From: Ilumatobacteraceae bacterium
GTDB taxonomy: Bacteria; Actinomycetota; Acidimicrobiia; Acidimicrobiales; Ilumatobacteraceae
Assembly (NCBI GenBank): GCA_031422395.1
Contig: JANPLQ010000152.1
Span: forward strand, 11,725 to 75,724
Direction of reading: 5' to 3'
DNA length: 64,000 bases
Below the pieces are notes generated by a model. That model was not told the origin of the DNA, did not search any database, and worked only from the letters and a program-made list of their open reading frames with translations. Both the position numbers and the translations under genes were made by a program. Position 1 is the stretch's first letter. The number at the start of each line of letters is the position of its first letter. Below are positions 37,738-45,717 of this stretch, piece by piece.

Positions 37738-39492
37738 ATGCCGCATCGCGTCGGGCTGATACTCTCCGAAGCATCCGGGCGACCGTCCGGTCAACGAGAT
37801 ATTCCGCTGAACTTGTATGGGGGATCAGTGACGACCATCGAAGACATCCATTTTCCAACTGCCGACGAAATCGACGGCTTTTGGGCGTTCGACAAGATGC
37901 ACGCACCGAGGCCGTTGCATCCGTTGTCGCAAGACCTGGTGATGACGACCCTCGGGTGGGGTTTCACCAAGGCACAAGCGGAGTACGACTGCCCGGTCGT
38001 GGCCTCCAATCAGGCGATCAACCACTACTTCTTCATGTCGTTCCATCCGCATCCCGATGAGAGCGTGATCGAAGATCGCATGTCGCGCTACCTCGACACG
38101 CTGAACACGAAGGTTCCACTCGTCGGCAAGCGCTGGACCAACGAGTGGCTTCCGCTGATCCGCACTCGCAACGAGTCCGAGCGCGACGTCGACTATTCGT
38201 CGATGAGCGACGCCGAACTCAAGGCGAAGCTGACCGACATGACCGACTGGATGCGGGAGATGTGGTACATCCACGGCCACATCAACTTCGCCCTGTTGTC
38301 AGGTGCCGCCCTGTCCGACATGTATGACGAAGTCATGCGGCCAGAGGACCCAACCGAGTCGTACCAGATTTTGCAAGGTCACCACACACGCCCAGTCGAC
38401 GCCGCTCACGCTCTCTGGAAGTTGAGCCGGACCGCCAAGCACAGCCCGTTCCTGAACGAGTTGTTCGGTAGCACCTCGACTCGCGAGCTGGCCGCCAAGC
38501 TCGAGCAGTCAGACGAGGGTCGCACCTTCCTCGCCGACCTCGACGCCTTCCTGTACGACTTCGGATGGCGCAGCGACGCTGTGTACGACCTTGCCGACGT
38601 CCCGTGGAGAGAGGACCCGGCAATTCCGCTCGGCAACATCGCTCGCTACATCAATCTGTCAGACGACAATGACCCACAAATCAACTTCGAGCGGGCAGTC
38701 AAGCTGCGTGAGGATTTGACCGGGAAGATCCGGGCCAAGCTCGCGGCTGATCCCGACAAGTTGGCCAAGTTCGACACCCTGTACGACGCCGCTCAGTACG
38801 CCTACCCGTTGACCGAGGATCACGCGTTCTACATCGACCAGATGGGTGTTGTGTGTTTCCGTCGATTCGTGTTGGCGGTCGGTGACGCGCTTGCCCGGAA
38901 CGGAAGTATCGATTCCCGCGACGACGTGTTCCTGTTACACGAGGCCGAGGTCCACGACGCCCTCGCCGACGGTGGCGACAAGCGCGATCTCGTATCCAAG
39001 CGGCGGGCAGAAATGGCGGCCGCAGGCGACGTGACGCCTCCCGACATTGTGGGCACTCCTCCACCACCACCATCGCCAGGCGATTTCATCGATCCGTTCA
39101 TGGACGCGCTTGTCACGCGGCTACTCGGGATCAAGCCGCCACCTGAGGGCGAGCAGGACCCCAACTTGATCGATGGCGTTGCCGGTTCACCTGGCGTCTA
39201 CCGCGGAGTGGCGCGTGTCGTTCGCTCGCTGGAAGAGGCCGGCGATCTGGAGGACGGGGAGGTCATGGTTTGCGAGATGACCCTGCCGCCGTGGGTCCCA
39301 ATGTTCGCCATCGCCGGCGCTGTTGTGTCAGACGTTGGTGGCGTGATGAGTCACTGTGCGATCGTCGCCCGTGAGTTTGCGCTCCCGGCCGTCGTCGGCG
39401 CGGTCAACGGCACCAGCCGAATCAAGACCGGCCAGATCGTCACGGTCGACGGCACCAACGGCAACGTCTATCTCGACGGCCGCGACCTGTAA
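37738..39492 (+). CDS. PEP-utilising-enzyme mobile (phosphohistidine swivel) domain protein with a large uncharacterised N-terminal region
   Basis: The C-terminus (GVARVVRSLEEAGDLEDGEVMVCEMTLPPWVPMF...GGVMSHCAIVAREFALPAVVG) is the swivel-domain signature with the catalytic His. I saw no ATP-grasp motifs. The start may be GTG 37828 (VTTIEDIHFP). Confidence 0.75.
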   Translation: MPHRVGLILSEASGRPSGQRDIPLNLYGGSVTTIEDIHFPTADEIDGFWAFDKMHAPRPLHPLSQDLVMTTLGWGFTKAQAEYDCPVVASNQAINHYFFMSFHPHPDESVIEDRMSRYLDTLNTKVPLVGKRWTNEWLPLIRTRNESERDVDYSSMSDAELKAKLTDMTDWMREMWYIHGHINFALLSGAALSDMYDEVMRPEDPTESYQILQGHHTRPVDAAHALWKLSRTAKHSPFLNELFGSTSTRELAAKLEQSDEGRTFLADLDAFLYDFGWRSDAVYDLADVPWREDPAIPLGNIARYINLSDDNDPQINFERAVKLREDLTGKIRAKLAADPDKLAKFDTLYDAAQYAYPLTEDHAFYIDQMGVVCFRRFVLAVGDALARNGSIDSRDDVFLLHEAEVHDALADGGDKRDLVSKRRAEMAAAGDVTPPDIVGTPPPPPSPGDFIDPFMDALVTRLLGIKPPPEGEQDPNLIDGVAGSPGVYRGVARVVRSLEEAGDLEDGEVMVCEMTLPPWVPMFAIAGAVVSDVGGVMSHCAIVAREFALPAVVGAVNGTSRIKTGQIVTVDGTNGNVYLDGRDL

Positions 39493-39496
39493 CCAA

Positions 39497-39552
39497 ACCG
39501 CTTCATGTCGCGATGGACCCCTGCATCACGTGCCCATGTCGACATGAACGGG
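39497..39552. repeat. Palindromic REP-like element, copy 2; its right half encodes the last 8 codons and the stop of the minus-strand VOC gene
   Basis: ttcatgtcg (39502-39510) pairs with cgacatgaa (39540-39548), and atgg pairs with ccat further in. The centre ctgcatcacgtgc is shared with copy 1. Confidence 0.75.
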
Positions 39553-40173
39553 GTTCTCGGCTGAGACGGCGTCCGGGACGGTCCAGGTGGCCGGCATACG
39601 GGTGAAGTCGAAGAACGGCGCGTCGTCGCCTTGCTCGACCGCCTCCTCGATCTGGTCGTAGAAACCTTTGCCGGTTTCCTCGGCGAACGTGATGTGGACG
39701 TCATCACGCCCGCCCGTAGTGGGTCGCTGCACGTATTCTGGAAACGACACTCTGGTGGGGTCACCCTCGGTGTAGCCGCGGGCAAACATCTGCTTGAGGA
39801 TTCCGAAACCGTCATGCCGGACGAGCGTTTGTCCTCGCGGTGTGCCACCCATCGACTTGATGTGCTCGGTGAACTTCTCGAGATCGTCGGTGCCGAAGGC
39901 GACATGCTGCACCGAGTGATCCCCGTGAGCGTCGACAAACCGGGTCACCTGCGATTGTTTGGCGCGATCGATACCTTCGATCAATGCGACACCGAACCCG
40001 CCGAAATCGATACACCAGATCTTCATGCTGCTGTCAGGGTCAGCGGGTCGGACGTCGTCGATCCGGTTGATCAGGGTCCCGCCCTCGACCTCGATGTGGA
40101 ACCACGCCCACCGCTCGATGGCTCCCGATTCGCAGGCGTACGTGATGTGATCGACATTCTTGAGATGAGACAT
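39526..40173 (-). CDS. VOC (glyoxalase/dioxygenase) superfamily protein, resembling the C-terminal half of 4-hydroxyphenylpyruvate dioxygenase
   Basis: HVAFGTDDL, ILKQMF and the YVQRP...GKGFYDQIEEAVE tail resemble HPPD C-terminal blocks as I remember them. At 215 aa it is about half the HPPD length. Confidence 0.65.
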   Translation of the reverse strand: MSHLKNVDHITYACESGAIERWAWFHIEVEGGTLINRIDDVRPADPDSSMKIWCIDFGGFGVALIEGIDRAKQSQVTRFVDAHGDHSVQHVAFGTDDLEKFTEHIKSMGGTPRGQTLVRHDGFGILKQMFARGYTEGDPTRVSFPEYVQRPTTGGRDDVHITFAEETGKGFYDQIEEAVEQGDDAPFFDFTRMPATWTVPDAVSAENPVHVDMGT

Positions 40174-40270
40174 GGGACAATCGAACCGAAACTGGTTGAT
40201 TCGCGCAAGCAGTCGGCAATAGTCCAGACATATTGGTCGTCACAGAAAGAAAATAGGCCAGAATGTCTAG

Positions 40271-40720
40271 ATGACTGGACTGGATGACATCGACCGCCGG
40301 ATGCTCTCGGAACTATCGGCCGATGGCCGAGTGTCAGTGCAAGTACTCGCCGAACGAGTCTCGGTCGCCCGCGCCACGGCATACAGCCGACTTCGGCGGT
40401 TGGAAGACAGCGGCGTGATTCGTGGATTCACGGTCGACGTCGATCCCCATGCCGTCGGCCTCGATCTGGTCGCACTCGTGCTCGTCAAGGTCAAACAGGA
40501 GACATTCAAGACCCTCCCCGAGCGGCTGGCAGCCGTGCCCGGCGTCGAGTGGATCGGTATGACAACCGCCTCGTACGACTTCGCCATGCTCGTCCGCGCC
40601 AGAGATACTGCGCACCTCCGCGACGTCGTGCTCGGCGAACTTCAGACGATCCCCGACGTCCTGTCGACCGAAACGATCATGGTGCTCGACGAACAGTCAA
40701 TCCCGCCGCGCCGCTTCTGA
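40271..40720 (+). CDS. Lrp/AsnC family transcriptional regulator
   Basis: LDDIDRRMLSELSADGRVSVQVLAERVSVARATAYSRLRRLEDSGVIRGF is the canonical AsnC HTH, and it is followed by an RAM domain. Confidence 0.9.
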   Translation: MTGLDDIDRRMLSELSADGRVSVQVLAERVSVARATAYSRLRRLEDSGVIRGFTVDVDPHAVGLDLVALVLVKVKQETFKTLPERLAAVPGVEWIGMTTASYDFAMLVRARDTAHLRDVVLGELQTIPDVLSTETIMVLDEQSIPPRRF

Positions 40721-40727
40721 CAGATTG

Positions 40728-40755
40728 TGGACACATGTTATGGTAATGTATCCAC
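40728..40755 (+). promoter_or_regulatory. Imperfect inverted repeat with a TAATGT -10-like hexamer just upstream of the antitoxin gene (candidate TA operator/promoter)
   Basis: gtggacacat (40728-40737) and atgtatccac (40746-40755) match at 9 of 10 positions. The repeat ends at the ATG at 40756. Confidence 0.4.
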
Positions 40756-41016
40756 ATGGACGTAGGGATTCGGGAGCTCAAACAACACTTGTCCGAGTAT
40801 CTCGATCGGGCGGCCGCTGGTGAAATCATCCGGGTGACCGACCGCGGGCATCCCAAGGTCATCATCTCGCCGCTCGCTGGGCACGGCCGGATGCAAATTG
40901 GGATCGATGAGGGTTGGATACGCGGGCCGCTAGCCACGTCCGGATTAGGTCCGACCGAGCGCTTTCAATCCCATCTGCGGGTGCTCGACGTTCTGAGAGA
41001 AGACCGCGGCGAGTGA
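40756..41016 (+). CDS. Phd/YefM-family type II antitoxin
   Basis: MDVGIRELKQHLSEYLDRAAAGEIIRVTDRGHPKVIISPL is a typical Phd/YefM N-terminus. Confidence 0.8.
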   Translation: MDVGIRELKQHLSEYLDRAAAGEIIRVTDRGHPKVIISPLAGHGRMQIGIDEGWIRGPLATSGLGPTERFQSHLRVLDVLREDRGE

Positions 41017-41417
41017 CTCTCTACGTCGACTCAAGTGCGTTCATCAAGCGATACATCAAGGAACCCGACTCCGACTCAGCGGAGCTCATCCTGCAGTCCG
41101 ATCCGGTACTCGTAACAAGTTGGGTGACGGTTGTGGAAGTCCGCCGCAACGTGGCTCGTCTTCTCGACGGTAACGCCCGCCGAGCTGCGCTGCGCTCCGC
41201 CGAACGCGACTTCGACGCGATCGCCCTGATCACGTGCGACGGAGCCGTGGCAACCGCCGGCGCTGCGATCGGCGAGACCCTCGGGGTTCGCTCGCTCGAC
41301 GCGATCCACCTGGCCTCGGCGCAACGATTGATGATCGAGACACTCGGCTTCGTGACCTTCGACCTCCGCCAAGGCCAGGCCGCCAGATCGCTCGGACTGC
41401 GCGTTCTCGGCTGCTGA
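41013..41417 (+). CDS. vapC: PIN-domain toxin VapC
   Basis: VTLYVDSSAFIKRY (acidic residue 1), VVEV, SLDAIHLASA and TFD match the PIN acidic quartet. GTG 41013 overlaps the antitoxin stop (GTGA). Confidence 0.85.
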   Translation: MTLYVDSSAFIKRYIKEPDSDSAELILQSDPVLVTSWVTVVEVRRNVARLLDGNARRAALRSAERDFDAIALITCDGAVATAGAAIGETLGVRSLDAIHLASAQRLMIETLGFVTFDLRQGQAARSLGLRVLGC

Positions 41418-41520
41418 CCGAGCCGCATCGATCAAACGCCAGCGTGATGGGTCGTCAAGATCGGTGCAAGAAGCGCCGAGATATGTCCTAGGAACCTGGG
41501 ACATACGCATCTGATAGGGC

Positions 41521-42120
41521 GTGACGACAAAAATGGCTTGGACATCGTACGACGGGCTGGCACCGCCGGCCAACGCTTCTGCAGCCGCGTGGCCGAGGAT
41601 CACCACCTCGCAGGCCGACGACGACCGACTCAACCGTGACGTCGGCGTGCGCCAGCTCTACGAGCTGCGCCACGCAGACATGGTGCGGTTTGCTGCGTTT
41701 CTCACGGGCGATGTACATGTCGCTGAGGACATCGCCCACGAGGCCTTCGTCCGCATCTTCGAAACCTGGGATCGGATCGACGATCAGGAGCGAACCGATG
41801 CCTATCTCCGAGCGACGATCGTGAACATCGTCCGCGGCGGCAACCGCCGACGACGTGTCGTCGAGCGCCAACCGGCACCGCACTTGACACTTGTCGGGTC
41901 CGCCGAAGATCATGCGCTGGCTGGCGTGAGCCGGGATCGCGTGCTGGCTGCCGTTTCCTCGCTCCCACTCCGCCAGCGCGCCTGCGTCGTCATGCGCTAC
42001 TGGATGCGGATGACCGAGACCGAAATCGCGGCAAACCTCGAACTGTCCGTTGGCTCGGTCCGCACACACGTCAAACGGGGCACCGAAACACTCAAGCGAA
42101 CGCTGGGAGATCAACGATGA
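41521..42120 (+). CDS. ECF-type sigma-70 family RNA polymerase sigma factor
   Basis: Region 2 is DIAHEAFVRIFETWDRI...AYLRATIVN. Region 4 is LPLRQRACVVMRYWMRMTETEIAANLELSVGSVRTHVKRG. Confidence 0.85.
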   Translation: MTTKMAWTSYDGLAPPANASAAAWPRITTSQADDDRLNRDVGVRQLYELRHADMVRFAAFLTGDVHVAEDIAHEAFVRIFETWDRIDDQERTDAYLRATIVNIVRGGNRRRRVVERQPAPHLTLVGSAEDHALAGVSRDRVLAAVSSLPLRQRACVVMRYWMRMTETEIAANLELSVGSVRTHVKRGTETLKRTLGDQR

Positions 42121-43619
42121 ACGACTTCGGTCAACACCTAACAGCCCTACTCGATGATGCCGCCGCAGACATCGAGCCACGCCCCGACTTCGGTTCCATT
42201 CGTTCTGGCCACGTCCGCGTGAGTCACGCGCACATCGGTGGAGACTTCGCAACCCGCCGCCCGTATCGCCGAACGGTCGGGATCGCCGCCGCAACGCTTG
42301 TCGTGTTTGGAGGGTCGGCGTTCGCGTTCGAGGCCGCCACAGACGGGCAAGATTCGGTGGCCTCGGTCGACGTAGTGGCGACTTCCACCTCCACAACGCC
42401 GGAAACCGAACTTGTGGTGGATCGGAGACAGGCGTCCAAACCCGACGCCTCCAGACCGATCGAGCCCGGCAACACCAAGCCGATCAGGATCGAGCCAATC
42501 AAGACCGGGTCGAGCGTGACAGAACCGCCGAAGGTGAACGCGTACGCCGCCAACCTTGGAACCGCCGATCTCGGAGGCTCCCCGATGCGACAGAACATGT
42601 TCGGAATTGCGGGGCCGGGTGAGACGGTAACCGTCACCACGACGTACGGATCAGCCACGTCGATCGCCAATGATGGCGGAGAATGGACGCTTACCCTCGT
42701 CCTCAACGACGTCGCTGGCGGAACCAAGGTGCTCGCCCGCGTCACGTTCAGCGGCTCGTCCGAGTTCTTCGACTTCCGGCTCGAACGCCCATTGCCACCA
42801 CCGCCGGCACCGGTCGATTTCACCGCTACGCCTGGCTCATCAAACCTTGGCGGTTCCCCTATGAAGCAGGTGTGGTACGGAACGGCGACGCCTGGAACGG
42901 TGATCACCGCCGGCTCCGACTTCGGTTCGGCGCAGGCCACGGCCAATTCGAACGGCAGATGGGAATTGGCTCTCAAGATGTTCGAGGTGCCCGGCGGCAC
43001 CGACGTCCGAGTGATCCTGTCGGCCAACACGAGCGACAATGTCTACGAGTTCACGTTGCACCGGCCAGAGCCAGCACCGGAGCCTGTGTCGTCGGCGTTC
43101 ACGGTCAACCTTGGATCAGCCAGGCTCGGCGGATCGCCGATGAAGCAGGTGTTCTACGGCACCGGAGCAGCGGGGAGCGTCGTGCATGCCCACTCTGAGT
43201 TCGGTTCCGCCGAAGCCGTCGTGTCCTCGGCGGGCCAATGGGAGATGCGGCTCGAGATGTACGAGGTGCCATCAGGGTCAGACGTCGGGGTTCGGCTGAC
43301 GAACAGCGCCAGCGAGTCGGTTTTCGAGTATGTACTGCACCGACCTGTTTCGGAGCCGGTTGCGATTGACTTCACCGCCAACGCCGCCCTCTCGGAAACC
43401 GACGCCAACCCCGCCTTCAACGAGTACTGGGGTAAATCGACGACCGGCGCGGTGATCACGCTCAGCTCGCCGTACGGATCTGGCGAGGTGACGTCAGACG
43501 CTGACGGCAAGTGGGCAGCGCGAATCGAGTTCCCAAGCGCACCGGTCGGCGAAACCTTCATCGTGAGGATCACCAGTTCCAAGGGCACAGCCGTCTACGA
43601 GTTCCCCCTCACCCACTAA
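42117..43619 (+). CDS. Membrane-anchored protein with four tandem ~93-aa Ig-like repeats, translationally coupled to the ECF sigma factor (putative anti-sigma/sensor)
   Basis: The gene has an ATGA overlap with the sigma gene and one TM segment (VGIAAATLVVFGGSAFAF). Three repeats carry NLG..(D/R)LGGSPM(R/K)Q..(F/Y)G...G....(T/H)...(Y/F)GS, and each ends (F/Y)(D/E)(F/Y).L.RP. The fourth repeat is diverged. Confidence 0.7.
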   Translation: MNDFGQHLTALLDDAAADIEPRPDFGSIRSGHVRVSHAHIGGDFATRRPYRRTVGIAAATLVVFGGSAFAFEAATDGQDSVASVDVVATSTSTTPETELVVDRRQASKPDASRPIEPGNTKPIRIEPIKTGSSVTEPPKVNAYAANLGTADLGGSPMRQNMFGIAGPGETVTVTTTYGSATSIANDGGEWTLTLVLNDVAGGTKVLARVTFSGSSEFFDFRLERPLPPPPAPVDFTATPGSSNLGGSPMKQVWYGTATPGTVITAGSDFGSAQATANSNGRWELALKMFEVPGGTDVRVILSANTSDNVYEFTLHRPEPAPEPVSSAFTVNLGSARLGGSPMKQVFYGTGAAGSVVHAHSEFGSAEAVVSSAGQWEMRLEMYEVPSGSDVGVRLTNSASESVFEYVLHRPVSEPVAIDFTANAALSETDANPAFNEYWGKSTTGAVITLSSPYGSGEVTSDADGKWAARIEFPSAPVGETFIVRITSSKGTAVYEFPLTH

Positions 43620-43620
43620 C

Positions 43621-43677
43621 CCTCGTTCATGTCGCGCTGAACCCCGGCATGCCGGGTTCAGCGCGACATGAACGAGG
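43621..43677. repeat. Palindromic REP-like element, copy 3 (near-perfect 57-bp palindrome), filling the gap between two convergent stop codons; likely a bidirectional terminator
   Basis: cctcgttcatgtcgcgctgaac-c-ccggcatgccgg-gttcagcgcgacatgaacgagg forms 28 bp with one bulged C. The TAA at 43617-43619 (plus-strand gene) and the TAA at 43679-43681 (minus-strand gene) flank it. Confidence 0.9.
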
Positions 43678-43678
43678 T

Positions 43679-44701
43679 TTAGCGGGTGATCCAGTCGGTG
43701 ATTACGGCAAGCACGTCGGCGTTGTTGAGTTCGAACATCGAGCCGTGACTGTTGCCGTGCACTCCTCGCTCGGCGAGGTCGACATGCACGGCGTCGCACC
43801 CAGCTTGGCGCAGGAAGTCGACGATCTCGCCGTCCGAACCGCGGAACAATGACGCTTCGCCGGACACAACAGCGATCGGCACCTGCGCAAGGTTGACCAA
43901 TCGTCGCCTCAAGTTCGTCTGGTCGAGGTCGGATGGTGCCGCCGCCGGCGGGTCGTACTGAACGGGCACGGCGGTGACGCCCCATTGCAGCGTCTCCGGC
44001 CCGAACATCGGCGAGAACGGCGGGCCAACCGGTTCGTGCGCGATCAAACCCTTGACTAGATCGGGGCGGGCGTCGGCGACGAGAAACCCGGACGGGCCAC
44101 CCAACGAATTGGCGAGCACGAACGCCGGCCCGATGATCTCGAGCAACTCGACCAACCGGCGCTGCTCGAGCGTTTGACGGTCAACGGCGTCGGCAGCGAA
44201 CGGGCCGCCCGATGCCAGGAACTGGAGCCAGGCCGGATCGGCCGGATCGCTACGGTCGCCCGGCCATTGGGTGTGCAAATGGGCGAACGGCAGCGCTCCA
44301 GGTCCATCGATCGGCGGCAGAAAGATCGCCGTCAGCACCTCGACCGGTAGCGGGGGCGCCATCGGTCCGAGCACCTCTGGGTCGTATGGCGAACGACCGT
44401 GGCCAGGGCGATCGACCACGTACACAACCCAGCCCTGCTGCACCAGCAACGTGACCCACCCGGGACGCCCATCGGGCGTTGCCAGAAAGTCGAGTCCCTG
44501 CCCGCCGCCGCCGTGCACCAGCACGATCGGGTACGGATGTAGCACCTCGACGGCCGCCTCCCAATACACGTACATCGGACCGCGCAGGGCACCGGTGCTG
44601 GGGTCCGGTTCGGTCCCGACCCAGAAGTGCCCTCGTCGAGAAGTGACTGGTTCGGAGTCATCTGGGGCCGACGCTCTGGCGGGCTGCGAGGAGGTGTCCA
44701 T
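43679..44701 (-). CDS. Alpha/beta hydrolase
   Basis: IVLVHGGGGQGLDF...VDRPGHGRS is present, and the nucleophile-elbow variant is LANSLGG. Confidence 0.7.
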   Translation of the reverse strand: MDTSSQPARASAPDDSEPVTSRRGHFWVGTEPDPSTGALRGPMYVYWEAAVEVLHPYPIVLVHGGGGQGLDFLATPDGRPGWVTLLVQQGWVVYVVDRPGHGRSPYDPEVLGPMAPPLPVEVLTAIFLPPIDGPGALPFAHLHTQWPGDRSDPADPAWLQFLASGGPFAADAVDRQTLEQRRLVELLEIIGPAFVLANSLGGPSGFLVADARPDLVKGLIAHEPVGPPFSPMFGPETLQWGVTAVPVQYDPPAAAPSDLDQTNLRRRLVNLAQVPIAVVSGEASLFRGSDGEIVDFLRQAGCDAVHVDLAERGVHGNSHGSMFELNNADVLAVITDWITR

Positions 44702-45666
44702 CAGCGCACCGTAGCTGCGTTACCCAACTGCTGTTCGAGTTGATCGAGCACCTGGTAGCAAGCGAGTACCTGATGCACGCTCGAATTCGGTTGGCGACCC
44801 TCCCGGATGGCGGCGATGAACTCGCGGTCTTGGAGTTCGATGCCGTTCATCGACACGGAGACCTGCGACACGTCGATCACGTCGTCACGGCCGGTGATCA
44901 GATCGTCGTACCGGGCGATGTAGGTGCCGGTGTCGCCGATGTATCGGAAGAACGTGCCAAGTGGTCCGTCATTGTTGAACGACAGCGAGAGCGTGCAGAT
45001 CGCGCCCGTGTCGACCTTGAGCTGGATCGACATGTCCAGTGCAATACCAAGTGCAGGGTGGATAGGCCCCTGGACGGCATTGGCCTGCACGATCGTGCCG
45101 CCGGTCTGGTAGAGGAACAAGTCGACGGTGTGGGCAGCGTGATGCCACAACAGATGATCTGTCCAGCTACGCGCCTCGCCGAGGGCGTTGATGTTGGTTC
45201 GCCGGAAGAAGTACGTCTGCACATCCATCTGCTGAATGGTGAACTGGCCGGCCTTGATCGTGTTGTGTACCCATTGGTGGCTCGGGTTGAAGCGACGCGT
45301 GTGTCCGCACATCGCGACGAGGCCCGTCTCCTCCTGCTTGGCCACGACGGCGCGCGCGTCGGCAAGGCTGTCGGCGAGCGGAATCTCGACCTGGACGTGC
45401 TTGCCGGCGTCGAGGCAGGCGATCGTCTGCTCGGCGTGCATTTGCGTGGGTGTGCACAGGATCACCGCATCGACGTCGTCTCGTTCGAGGGTGTCGGCCA
45501 AATCGGTCGTGACGTGACCGATGGCGTATCGCTCGGCAACGCCTCTGGTCTTGTCGAGCGTCCGCCCGATTAGCGAGGTGACCTCGACACCATCAATGTT
45601 GGCCAGACCGTCGAGATGTTTGACCCCGAACGCCCCGGCACCGGCAAGCGCAACCCTGATCGTCAT
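44701..45666 (-). CDS. Gfo/Idh/MocA family NAD(P)-dependent oxidoreductase
   Basis: IRVALAGAGAFGVKHLDGL is the Rossmann motif, with the family-typical block EIPLA. The start is set at ATG 45666; the track's TTG is at 45675. Confidence 0.85.
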   Translation of the reverse strand: MTIRVALAGAGAFGVKHLDGLANIDGVEVTSLIGRTLDKTRGVAERYAIGHVTTDLADTLERDDVDAVILCTPTQMHAEQTIACLDAGKHVQVEIPLADSLADARAVVAKQEETGLVAMCGHTRRFNPSHQWVHNTIKAGQFTIQQMDVQTYFFRRTNINALGEARSWTDHLLWHHAAHTVDLFLYQTGGTIVQANAVQGPIHPALGIALDMSIQLKVDTGAICTLSLSFNNDGPLGTFFRYIGDTGTYIARYDDLITGRDDVIDVSQVSVSMNGIELQDREFIAAIREGRQPNSSVHQVLACYQVLDQLEQQLGNAATVR

Positions 45667-45717
45667 ATCGACCAACCGTACAGAATGATCAGACCGCGGA
45701 ACTGCCTGAAGCGCCGC

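Noticed and set aside
35977-37759. Two long plus-strand ORFs (278 aa and 418 aa) opposite the ATPase and MBL genes
   Set aside because: They are Arg/Pro/His-rich low-complexity translations. The minus strand carries Walker A/B and HxHxDH motifs, so these are shadows.
41491-41520. ECF-type promoter (GGAAC ... CGT) upstream of the sigma gene
   Set aside because: Only the GGAAC half is present. There is no properly spaced CGT-type -10 element, and the distance to the start codon is very short. It is mentioned only as a weak note in the sigma finding.
41488-42396. 302-aa minus-strand ORF opposite the ECF sigma gene
   Set aside because: It is Arg-rich with no motifs, and the plus strand encodes clear sigma regions 2 and 4.
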